64,000 bases of DNA from a virus. A program made the translations under genes and the position numbers. How positions within the stretch are numbered: the stretch's first letter is position 1; every line of letters begins with the position of its first letter. Shown here piece by piece: positions 47,558 through 55,300 of the stretch. The notes beneath the pieces were generated by a model. That model was not told where the DNA came from, searched no databases, and saw only the letters and a list, made by a program, of their open reading frames with translations. The stretch lies in IMG/VR virus record IMGVR_UViG_3300020469_000023, positions 1 to 64,000 of that record; one strand, written 5' to 3'.

Positions 47558-48644
47558 TTCTTTTTACTCTAATATCTGGTATCGCACCAAGAAAAGATGT
47601 AAGTTGTCTCAAACCTTTTTTAAAAAAGTTTGTAACTTTACTCCATGTTTTACTTACAAATGATTTAACTTTATTTAATATGTTAAATTCAACTAATGTT
47701 TCTTTTTCATTTGTATCTAATTCTTCTGTCATAGAGTCTACTATTAATGAAATTACTGACCAGAAAAAATATTCTCCAGTTCCACCTTTTTCATTAGTCG
47801 GAGATACAAGTTCTTTTTTAGTTCGTTGTGATGTTTTAAACCTTGTTTGAAGTTTCATTGCAGTTGCTATTTTTTCACAATAACTATCATCATTAACATC
47901 ATGAATTTCTACTTTTCCACCGTCAGCAGTAGAGACCAACATTAAGTCTGCAGATGCTGGACTACTTTTACCAAATTTTTCATAACCTGACATTGCTTCT
48001 CTGGCAAATTCTATTTTAAATTCTTTAGACTGATTAAATAAATTACCAAGTTCTTTCATACAATCTTTGTGTGCTTTTTCCGCGGCATTAACTACTTTGT
48101 TTGTACCCGCTTTAATTAAAGGTCTAATTTTTGAAGGTGCTAATGTATTTTTTACAAAACCTTCTAATACTTGATTTGTTTTTTTATATTGTGGACTTTT
48201 TACTAAATCTGAATTAGAATTTTTAACTGCCGCTTGAAACGTTGCAGTTGATTCTGCTTTACCGCCAGACATTAGTTGTGCTAAACCTATTTTAACTGAA
48301 AAGTTTTTATCACCTATTTTTACATCTGTTTTTGGTGTAGTATCAGAAGCATCATATGATTTCCAAAAATCTGTTAAACTAGATTTTGTTCTACCAAATA
48401 CTTCTGCTTTTTTATTTTTTAGTTGTGGGTAATCTTTTAGTATTTTTGTTGCAATTAATTCACCTGTTTTTTTGGCACTTGGAGTATTTTCTATTTTATC
48501 GTAAAGTTGTTGTTTAATACCATAATCTTCTGTAGATTCCATTACTCTTTTAGTTACAGTATAAAAACCCATAACTATTGCCGCTTCATAATCTTCTGCT
48601 TTTAATTTTGCTTCTGTCAAAAAATTATTTTTAAATGAATGCAT
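47544..48644 (-). CDS. Putative PD-(D/E)XK nuclease-like protein with capsid-targeting-like leader
   Basis: MHSFKNNFLTE; YEAAI...TPKTDV..FSVK...QLMSG. Confidence 0.55.
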   Translation of the reverse strand: MHSFKNNFLTEAKLKAEDYEAAIVMGFYTVTKRVMESTEDYGIKQQLYDKIENTPSAKKTGELIATKILKDYPQLKNKKAEVFGRTKSSLTDFWKSYDASDTTPKTDVKIGDKNFSVKIGLAQLMSGGKAESTATFQAAVKNSNSDLVKSPQYKKTNQVLEGFVKNTLAPSKIRPLIKAGTNKVVNAAEKAHKDCMKELGNLFNQSKEFKIEFAREAMSGYEKFGKSSPASADLMLVSTADGGKVEIHDVNDDSYCEKIATAMKLQTRFKTSQRTKKELVSPTNEKGGTGEYFFWSVISLIVDSMTEELDTNEKETLVEFNILNKVKSFVSKTWSKVTNFFKKGLRQLTSFLGAIPDIRVKRNVKF

Positions 48645-48816
48645 ATCCGAACTCTGTTAATATCTGTTGTTTATCTATTGCTTCATCAAGAGGCAATCTC
48701 TGTATTGTTGATGTAAAGTTGAAAAATTCTGTGATGATTACAGTATCATCTTCTAGAATTGAAAAGTTGACGAAGTGTCCTTCGTCTTCCATTGTTCCTG
48801 CCCAACATTGTGTCAT
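48631..48816 (-). CDS. Small hypothetical late protein
   Basis: TATAAATA at 48823-48830, 6 nt upstream. Confidence 0.55.
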   Translation of the reverse strand: MTQCWAGTMEDEGHFVNFSILEDDTVIITEFFNFTSTIQRLPLDEAIDKQQILTEFGYAFI

Positions 48817-48834
48817 AACTACTATTTATAATAG

Positions 48835-49527
48835 TTAAAATTTGACACTAGTGTTTTCTTCGTTCCATTGAGCAATTACTGATTTTAGTGGTGTGACCCA
48901 GTTATCTCTATGTTCAATATAGACAATAGGGTCTCTGTCATCAACTGCAATTAGAGTTACGAGTTGAGTAATAGGTAATTGTGTTCGTTCTTCCCACATA
49001 ATCGCATATGCAGATTCTTGCATGAAGTAGTTATGACACCACTGTTTCTTTTTATACTTACGACTTGTTTTGAAATCAATAATAGATAGTTTGCCCTGCC
49101 ATTCTGCAACACAATCGACTCTACCTGCAACCCCTAGATAATTAGAATAAAGTGGTGCCTCTTGAGCATGAATATTGTTTATGTTTTCATCTAGAATAGG
49201 TCTTATCTTTTGAAACGTTTCTATATTGTTTGGCATTACGCCATCTAAATAATCAGCATCATTGTCTAGATACTTTTCGCAAACTGTATGAACTGCAGTA
49301 CCACGATTCGCCGCACGAGTTGATATCTTATTTGCTTCTACTTCACCGACTCTTTTACGCCACTTTGCAATACTATCTCTACTGAGTATTGATAATACTG
49401 TAGTAATCGATGGTAAGTCTATACCTTCGGGTGTGTGATACTTACGACCTTCATCTGTCGTTACAGCATTCATTTCAGTTAATTCTACTGGAATATGGTT
49501 AAAATTTTGTTTCTCTTTCATATGCAT
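48835..49527 (-). CDS. PD-(D/E)XK exonuclease (conserved in T4-like phages)
   Basis: PSITTVL, RGTAVH, AGRVDCV, IIDFKTS, Q..AY. Confidence 0.9.
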   Translation of the reverse strand: MHMKEKQNFNHIPVELTEMNAVTTDEGRKYHTPEGIDLPSITTVLSILSRDSIAKWRKRVGEVEANKISTRAANRGTAVHTVCEKYLDNDADYLDGVMPNNIETFQKIRPILDENINNIHAQEAPLYSNYLGVAGRVDCVAEWQGKLSIIDFKTSRKYKKKQWCHNYFMQESAYAIMWEERTQLPITQLVTLIAVDDRDPIVYIEHRDNWVTPLKSVIAQWNEENTSVKF

Positions 49528-49798
49528 CTTGCTCGTCTATTTCGCCTTTGATTAATAATTGTTGTGCATGAATTAACTCATGTGCCAATGTTGTAAATCT
49601 TTCTTCATCATATCTAATGTAGATATCTAAATGTTCTAACTGTTCATCAAATTCAATATAACCTTTAGTGTTTTGTAATGAGATAGTTGGTGGTAATTTT
49701 CGAATTGAAACAATTACGTCTGCATCATCTATCTTTAGTTGCTTTACTAGTTCTATTGCTTTGTTCTGAATCTCTTTGTTTTTGCAAATAATGTTCAT
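49499..49798 (-). CDS. Small zinc metallopeptidase-like protein
   Basis: TLAHELIHAQQ...EQDAY. Confidence 0.7.
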   Translation of the reverse strand: MNIICKNKEIQNKAIELVKQLKIDDADVIVSIRKLPPTISLQNTKGYIEFDEQLEHLDIYIRYDEERFTTLAHELIHAQQLLIKGEIDEQDAYERETKF

Positions 49799-49893
49799 CT
49801 TGTTCTTCGATGTATTCCATATAAGGACATTTCTCTTCTTCTTCTTGTTTTGAAAATAACTTTTTAAACCAATTAATCATTTATTTTGACTAC

Positions 49894-49922
49894 ATTATAC
49901 TTAAATATGCAAGAAAAGTCAA
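49894..49922 (-). promoter_or_regulatory. sigma70-type promoter
   Basis: TTGACT-17-TATAAT. Confidence 0.7.
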
Positions 49923-49940
49923 CCCTTAAGTTGACTTTCC
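49913..49940 (-). terminator. Probable intrinsic terminator overlapping a -35 box
   Basis: AAAGTCAAC-6nt-GTTGACTTT then TCTT, just after the DUF932 stop. Confidence 0.65.
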
Positions 49941-49953
49941 TCACTTGAAAAGA

Positions 49954-50910
49954 TTATGCCGCTTCGGCGTATTCTACTGCCTTCTCGACTGCTTTAATCT
50001 TTCTACTTTGGTTTCTACCAAACCATGCAGATGCCATTCTCGAATCTGCTTCTCTACCCATCTTGTGGTCTGTAAGATAAGTAACTGAGTTAAGTGCCTG
50101 CCACCAAGTTCCAGCACCCATTTCTGCACCCGGTTGGGTCTCAAGAACTGAGTATGCATCTTGACCTGTAGTAGATAAGTCTTCAAACTTTTCAACTGTT
50201 ACAGGTTTCTTACCTTGGTAAGTTCTAGGGAACACTTCATTGTAGTATTGAACTAATGCTTTCGCACTAAAGTTTTTACTTGCAAGAAATTGTGCCACAT
50301 CTTTGTATTGAGCAAACTTTTCACTTGCAAGACCCATAGTCTCTTTTACGTGGTTAGCATCAAACACTTTTCTGTGATTCAATTTTGTACCCTGGTTTTT
50401 AACAGATGCTAATGCCATACTTAAAGTATTATTACAAACAACTCTGATTGGAGTAAATCTAATATCAATAGACTTTCCATATTCATGTGGGTTTGCAAAC
50501 AATAGGTATGAATCTACTTGGTCATTTTTACCAATGTCAAATGATTCTTTGACTTTTGCAAGTCCCCAAACCATTTTACCATCACGTAATGAACCAGCAG
50601 TTTCCATACTCATGTCACCTGCTAAACAGTACTCTGAGAAGAATTCAAATGATTCTTCGTTTTGTACTGGGTGCCAATTCTTACCAACTTGAGTAAGAAC
50701 TTTGTTATCAGAACTTCTTACCAATGCTTCTTGCCCAGTAAGAACTTCTATTTCACCAACTCTTGCATAAGTTGGAACCTTGTTGACTTGCCAATCAAGT
50801 CCTGCTTTTACCATTATCTGGTTGGGACTCAAGTCATCGCTGACTTTCGTACCAAGGCCATGCCAAGGAACTTCTCCTGCATATGCCATACTTTCAACTG
50901 CCGCTACCAT
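49954..50910 (-). CDS. DUF932 (phage/plasmid-like TIGR03299-type) protein
   Basis: PWHGLG, AGLDW, ETAGSL, TPIRVVCNNTL, GTWWQALNSVT; GGAGG SD. Confidence 0.9.
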   Translation of the reverse strand: MVAAVESMAYAGEVPWHGLGTKVSDDLSPNQIMVKAGLDWQVNKVPTYARVGEIEVLTGQEALVRSSDNKVLTQVGKNWHPVQNEESFEFFSEYCLAGDMSMETAGSLRDGKMVWGLAKVKESFDIGKNDQVDSYLLFANPHEYGKSIDIRFTPIRVVCNNTLSMALASVKNQGTKLNHRKVFDANHVKETMGLASEKFAQYKDVAQFLASKNFSAKALVQYYNEVFPRTYQGKKPVTVEKFEDLSTTGQDAYSVLETQPGAEMGAGTWWQALNSVTYLTDHKMGREADSRMASAWFGRNQSRKIKAVEKAVEYAEAA

Positions 50911-50925
50911 ATAAACCTCCTATAG

Positions 50926-51312
50926 TTAGTCATTCCAATTGTAATCTGGTTGAACTTGACCATTGAGAATTTCCTCAATGAATTCAACCGCTTCATAACA
51001 TGTGCCACCTATGTGCCACTCGTATTCTTCTGTAGGCGTACCACCAGTTTTCCAATTGTAAACTGTCGCCTTAATAGTTTCATAATCTTTGTCACCATAT
51101 TCATCTGTAAAATAAACTTTACCGTCAATTGCCCATTGAGTTTGAACTTTGTCATATGGGTCACCTGTTGAATAAGAAGGTGTACCAAATAAGTTATATA
51201 ACTTATCATAAGTAGTAGTCACATAACTTTGTAAACTACTACCACTTTCTGGATTTTCAGCAACTTCATACTCGCAGTTTTCTGCAAGAATTTTCTCTGA
51301 TAGATAAATCAT
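50926..51312 (-). CDS. Conserved phage hypothetical protein
   Basis: DKVQTQW, ATVYNWK, WHIGG. Confidence 0.7.
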   Translation of the reverse strand: MIYLSEKILAENCEYEVAENPESGSSLQSYVTTTYDKLYNLFGTPSYSTGDPYDKVQTQWAIDGKVYFTDEYGDKDYETIKATVYNWKTGGTPTEEYEWHIGGTCYEAVEFIEEILNGQVQPDYNWND

Positions 51313-51569
51313 ATGTTTGCTACCTCTAACATTGAAAGAGGCACTCTGTATGCTTTACCTCTCATTTGAACAACTGCTTTCTTTTGTTTAATCTCAATGA
51401 TTGTACCAAAAGTTTTTTTAGTTTTTTGAACAACGAACACGCCGTCACCTTCTTTGAAACTTGCTTTCGCAAGGGCATCTAAAATATCTTTACCGAAATG
51501 ATAGACTTCTGCCAATTGTTCAGGTGTCTGAATCTTTGACAGTTCTTTTATTAACGTTTTACTTAACAT
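51309..51569 (-). CDS. Small SH3/KOW-like early protein
   Basis: FKEGD.V...GTI...YRVPLSML. Confidence 0.65.
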   Translation of the reverse strand: MLSKTLIKELSKIQTPEQLAEVYHFGKDILDALAKASFKEGDGVFVVQKTKKTFGTIIEIKQKKAVVQMRGKAYRVPLSMLEVANI

Positions 51570-51600
51570 TTTACCTCTCTGTTTATTAATTTATGTTGTT

Positions 51601-51629
51601 ATTATAACAAGTCAAACAATAATTGTCAA
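51601..51629 (-). promoter_or_regulatory. sigma70-type early promoter, part of a repeated cassette
   Basis: TTGACA-17-TATAAT. Confidence 0.85.
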
Positions 51630-51638
51630 CTCTTTTTT

Positions 51639-52094
51639 TCATATTAATTGAAATTTTTCTACCTCTGGTTGGAAGTTAAAATCCCAATCTTCAAAATTTT
51701 CACACAATGGGTGAGAAAACCAACCATCACGACTATAATTTGTACTATACCCGTCTAACCAAACTTTTACTTGTTTTTCAATAAAGTCTTCGTAAGGAAC
51801 AAAGACAAACAAAACATCGTCTCTAGAACCTTCTTTAGTATAAAATTTACGAGTATAAAATTTTATTGTTATACCTTTCTTAAAGTCATTTTTTCTAAAG
51901 TCAACATAACCCGTGACCCAAGGTAAAGACTCACCTAATTCTTCTGCTAATTTTTCATCGGTGATTTGAACTTCTTTTACATTCTGTTCATAATCACTAT
52001 GGAAAGTATATTTACCATCTTTATAATTATAATCTGTAGAATTAGACCTATAAATGTCTTCTTTTACTCTTTCAATAAATTGATTACTTTGCAT
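51639..52094 (-). CDS. Hypothetical early protein
   Basis: GAGGT SD; own promoter. Confidence 0.65.
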   Translation of the reverse strand: MQSNQFIERVKEDIYRSNSTDYNYKDGKYTFHSDYEQNVKEVQITDEKLAEELGESLPWVTGYVDFRKNDFKKGITIKFYTRKFYTKEGSRDDVLFVFVPYEDFIEKQVKVWLDGYSTNYSRDGWFSHPLCENFEDWDFNFQPEVEKFQLI

Positions 52095-52124
52095 TTTACC
52101 TCTTTTCTTATTCTTAATACAAGT

Positions 52125-52153
52125 ATTTTACAGGGTCAAACAGGAATTGTCAA
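52125..52153 (-). promoter_or_regulatory. sigma70-type promoter
   Basis: TTGACA-17-TAAAAT. Confidence 0.7.
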
Positions 52154-52189
52154 CCCTTGTAATTAAAATAAGTGTTTTGCTACGACAGA

Positions 52190-52702
52190 TTATGTCGCAT
52201 ACTTTGAAAAGAATGTAATTACAGTTCTATCTGTATTGCCATGTAAGGGGTGATGTGGTACGTTTGCATTGAAACAAACTGCACGATTGTATTTAAATGG
52301 AACTTCGTCACCATCTATCCAAGTGCCACCATTTCCTTCTAGATAAATGACACCTGAAAAGTCCCATGCTTTATCGATATGTGGCATGGGTGTAGATATG
52401 TTTTGTTCTAGTAAATGTTTGTAGAAAGTAATCCAACCAACTTTTACATCAAACATGTTTTGTATTTTATTGACGACCTCAGGAAGTTCGAACATAAGAT
52501 TTTTAGTTCGAAGTCCTGGCCATTTACCAATGGATTCGCTTTTATTATATTCTGCATATTGTTTTGCAGTATAATAATTAGAACTCTTAGAAAACTCTAA
52601 GACTTCATCTGGGTCATCAAGAAAGTTTTCAAATACTTGATATTTAGATTTTGACACTAAACTGTAAGGTTGCATAGAGTTTGTCAGTATTGTAGTCATC
52701 AT
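52190..52702 (-). CDS. 2OG-Fe(II) oxygenase-like (DUF6445-like)
   Basis: NFLDDPD, WPGLRT, PHID, SGVIYL, YNRAVCF, PH; start uncertain. Confidence 0.7.
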   Translation of the reverse strand: MMTTILTNSMQPYSLVSKSKYQVFENFLDDPDEVLEFSKSSNYYTAKQYAEYNKSESIGKWPGLRTKNLMFELPEVVNKIQNMFDVKVGWITFYKHLLEQNISTPMPHIDKAWDFSGVIYLEGNGGTWIDGDEVPFKYNRAVCFNANVPHHPLHGNTDRTVITFFSKYAT

Positions 52703-53261
52703 CTACTATGTATCTAACCCCAGGTCTTATGGTGAACTTTTTACCAAACTTAATATTTAACATGATATCAGTTTGAATATCTTCAAATTCTCCATCATCT
52801 ACACCGTCTTTTGCGAATGCGAATCTAGGTGAGAAATGAACTTGTGGTGCAAAACAAACTAAGTCTGTATTACATTGAAAGTTACCTTTATACCCAAGAG
52901 TAGTTAAGACTCTAAAGTAATAAGTATCACTTTTTTTACCTTCGATATCACGATACTCTACTCTAGGTCTAAAGTAGAAACCATTATCTTGTTCAAAGAG
53001 TTTTACTGATACTCTAGGTCGGTGTTCAATTCTGCCTTTCTTTTCAATGTACTGATATGAAAAATCCCAGTTATCGAGTTTGTAACCCAATTGGTGATGT
53101 GTTTTATCAGTATCTCCAAAGTAATGTCTGTATCTCCAAGATACATTATTACCAAAACTATCTTTAGTTTGTAATTTTAAATTTAATTGTTCTCTATCCC
53201 AATTTTCTGCAGAAAATACTGATGCAGATAAGAACATTATTAATATTAAAAGGTTTTTCAT
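52644..53261 (-). CDS. Outer-membrane beta-barrel protein
   Basis: Signal peptide (VFSA), alternating aromatic/Arg amphipathic strands, EHRPR/RVEYR, terminal strand LQFSVKI; GGAG SD. Confidence 0.7.
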   Translation of the reverse strand: MKNLLILIMFLSASVFSAENWDREQLNLKLQTKDSFGNNVSWRYRHYFGDTDKTHHQLGYKLDNWDFSYQYIEKKGRIEHRPRVSVKLFEQDNGFYFRPRVEYRDIEGKKSDTYYFRVLTTLGYKGNFQCNTDLVCFAPQVHFSPRFAFAKDGVDDGEFEDIQTDIMLNIKFGKKFTIRPGVRYIVDDDYNTDKLYATLQFSVKI

Positions 53262-53291
53262 TATATTACTCCAATAATAAATTTAACAAAT

Positions 53292-53320
53292 ATTATACTC
53301 GCACTAACAAGAATTGTCAA
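53292..53320 (-). promoter_or_regulatory. sigma70-type promoter for the beta-barrel gene
   Basis: TTGACA-17-TATAAT. Confidence 0.8.
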
Positions 53321-53360
53321 TACTTGCTTAGTATATATGCTTCTTATAACTCTGTTTTCA

Positions 53361-53368
53361 TATAAATA
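53361..53368 (+). promoter_or_regulatory. T4-type late promoter of the curli-like operon
   Basis: TATAAATA 7 nt before ATG 53376. Confidence 0.75.
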
Positions 53369-53375
53369 GACGTGT

Positions 53376-53672
53376 ATGAACAATATAATGAAATTATTAA
53401 TGGAAGTGGGTATCCCGATTGGTAGTGCAATCATCATGGGGTTCTTTATCTTTCTGACTTTAAAATACATTTTAGATAGTGTTGGTGGTTCTGTTACAGG
53501 TCTTACTAACATTATGAATGGTTTAGAGTCAAGAGTTCGTCAAATGAATAATGATATGATAAAGATTGACTTGTTAGTAAGTGAGTCTTTAGATTTAAGA
53601 CCAGACATCGATAGAGTTGCGAGAGCAGAAAACTTTATGGAAGATGGTAAGATAGACTCTAGGAGAGATTAA
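53376..53672 (+). CDS. Single-TM coiled-coil protein
   Basis: EVGIPI..IMGFFIF TM; MNNDMIKID. Confidence 0.75.
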   Translation: MNNIMKLLMEVGIPIGSAIIMGFFIFLTLKYILDSVGGSVTGLTNIMNGLESRVRQMNNDMIKIDLLVSESLDLRPDIDRVARAENFMEDGKIDSRRD

Positions 53673-54001
53673 TGAACAGCAGTAATATTAATCAAATTGT
53701 TTTGATTATTGATGAGGTTGGTTATCCAGTTTTAATGGCAATCGGTATGGGATATTTTATCTGGTATGTTTGGAAGTATGTGACGAAAGAACTAAAACCA
53801 AAAATTGGTGCTTCACATAAGACTCTTATTAAATTATTAGACCAGATTAGAATGCTTGACAATGACTTGATACGATTACAACAGAAAGTAAATACTGTAA
53901 TCGAATATAGAAAACAAGAAGAATTAAAAAAACAAGGGCAAGAAGATGAAGACAGCACAGTATATATTAATGATATGGGTAAGTCTAACGATAACAAGTA
54001 A
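53672..54001 (+). CDS. Single-TM coiled-coil protein, paralog of the upstream gene
   Basis: EVGYPV..GMGYFIW TM; IRMLDNDLIRL. Confidence 0.75.
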   Translation: MNSSNINQIVLIIDEVGYPVLMAIGMGYFIWYVWKYVTKELKPKIGASHKTLIKLLDQIRMLDNDLIRLQQKVNTVIEYRKQEELKKQGQEDEDSTVYINDMGKSNDNK

Positions 54002-54428
54002 TTTGTTTGCTGACCAGATAGTTCATAAATTTAAATCTCCATCATTTAGTGGTATTGGACAATCGTCACACTATTTAACAATAGAGAATCAACAGAAGTC
54101 TCGTAGAGATAAGATTCAAGAAGATATCGAATCTGCAATTGCAAAAGCAGAACGTGAAGCAGATAGTACGACCCATGCTAAGTTCCTTAGAAACTTAGAG
54201 TCAAGAATCTATGCTCAAATATCAAAACAATTAGTTGACCAAATGTTTGGTGATGGAGTAAATGAAGGTTCAATAGAAGGTTTCTTTGATATGCTTGGTA
54301 ATACTGTAGCATACGAATTATGTACAGGTTGTGGTGATGATGGTATTGATGTAATTAGAATTACAATTACAGGCGATGATAATACAACAACAACATTAGA
54401 TGTACCAGTAGGTAGTGGAGCATTTTAG
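53946..54428 (+). CDS. csgF: Curli assembly component CsgF-like
   Basis: Signal peptide then DQIVHKFKSPSFSG (CsgF F.NP.FGG-like), F..NLESRIYAQIS, TTLDVP; directly upstream of CsgG. Confidence 0.85.
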   Translation: MKTAQYILMIWVSLTITSNLFADQIVHKFKSPSFSGIGQSSHYLTIENQQKSRRDKIQEDIESAIAKAEREADSTTHAKFLRNLESRIYAQISKQLVDQMFGDGVNEGSIEGFFDMLGNTVAYELCTGCGDDGIDVIRITITGDDNTTTTLDVPVGSGAF

Positions 54429-55300
54429 TGAAAATATTTTTATTGATAGGAGTATTCGTTCTATCAAGTTGTGCTAGTATTCCTTCTTTCTCACGTATAG
54501 ATTGTGATGAAAGAGAATTAGCATGTCGAGAAAGTGCAACTATAGAAAAGTTGCCATCGACAGCAGAATTAAAAAAAGTGCCAGGTCCAAGTAATGGTAA
54601 ACCTGTAGTAGTTGCAGTTTATGGATTTACAGACAAAACTGGCCAAAGAAAAAGTAGAGATACATTTTCAGATTTTTCTACTGCAGTAACACAAGGTGCA
54701 GATTTACTTGTTATTGATGCACTTAAAACTGCAAGTAATGGAGAGTGGTTTAGAGTAGTTGAGAGAACTAATATAGATGCTCTCATAAGAGAAAGGCAAA
54801 TAATAAGAAGTTCTAGAGAAGAGTTTAAAGAAGATAAACAACTAGCATCTTTAGTATTTGCAGGGATTTTAATTGATGGTGGTGTTGTTGGGTACGACAC
54901 TAACATCGAAAGTGGTGGTCGTGGAGCAAGATACTTAGGTATCGGACACAATACATCATATAGAAGAGATTCAGTAATTGTTAGTCTAAGGGCAACCTCA
55001 ACACTAACAGGTGAAATTTTAATGAATGTTCAGGCGAAAAAAACTATTTTGTCTGTCGGTGGCGGTTATGATTTATTCCGATTCTTTGATATGGATACAA
55101 AGTTATTGGAATTTGAAGATGGTAACGGATTTAACGAAAGTGTAACGTTTGCAGTTCGCTCCGCTATTGAAGTTGCCGTATTAGAACTTATTTACCAAGG
55201 ACACGATAGAGGTTTTTGGAAAATGAAAAGTGACCATCGTCACCCACACTTAAGTGATGGGACTAACGATAAACACTTAATAACTAAGGAGAAAGAATGA
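54428..55300 (+). CDS. csgG: Curli secretion pore CsgG
   Basis: Lipobox LSSC, VAVYGFTDKTGQRK, STAVTQG, WFRVVER, ERQIIR, GGVVGYDTN, GGRGARYLGIG. Confidence 0.95.
   Translation: MKIFLLIGVFVLSSCASIPSFSRIDCDERELACRESATIEKLPSTAELKKVPGPSNGKPVVVAVYGFTDKTGQRKSRDTFSDFSTAVTQGADLLVIDALKTASNGEWFRVVERTNIDALIRERQIIRSSREEFKEDKQLASLVFAGILIDGGVVGYDTNIESGGRGARYLGIGHNTSYRRDSVIVSLRATSTLTGEILMNVQAKKTILSVGGGYDLFRFFDMDTKLLEFEDGNGFNESVTFAVRSAIEVAVLELIYQGHDRGFWKMKSDHRHPHLSDGTNDKHLITKEKE

Noticed and set aside
48835-49527. Cas4-like nuclease suggesting CRISPR
   Set aside because: No repeat-spacer array or other cas genes seen, and no Fe-S Cys cluster; this is the ordinary T4-like exonuclease
49725-49880. Possible 51-aa ORF MINWFKKLFSKQ...
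   Set aside because: It overlaps the next gene by about 70 nt and has no SD or motif; plausible but not supportable
53262-53375. Riboswitch upstream of the curli-like operon
   Set aside because: The gap is occupied by two divergent promoters and the late transcript appears leaderless; no recognisable aptamer
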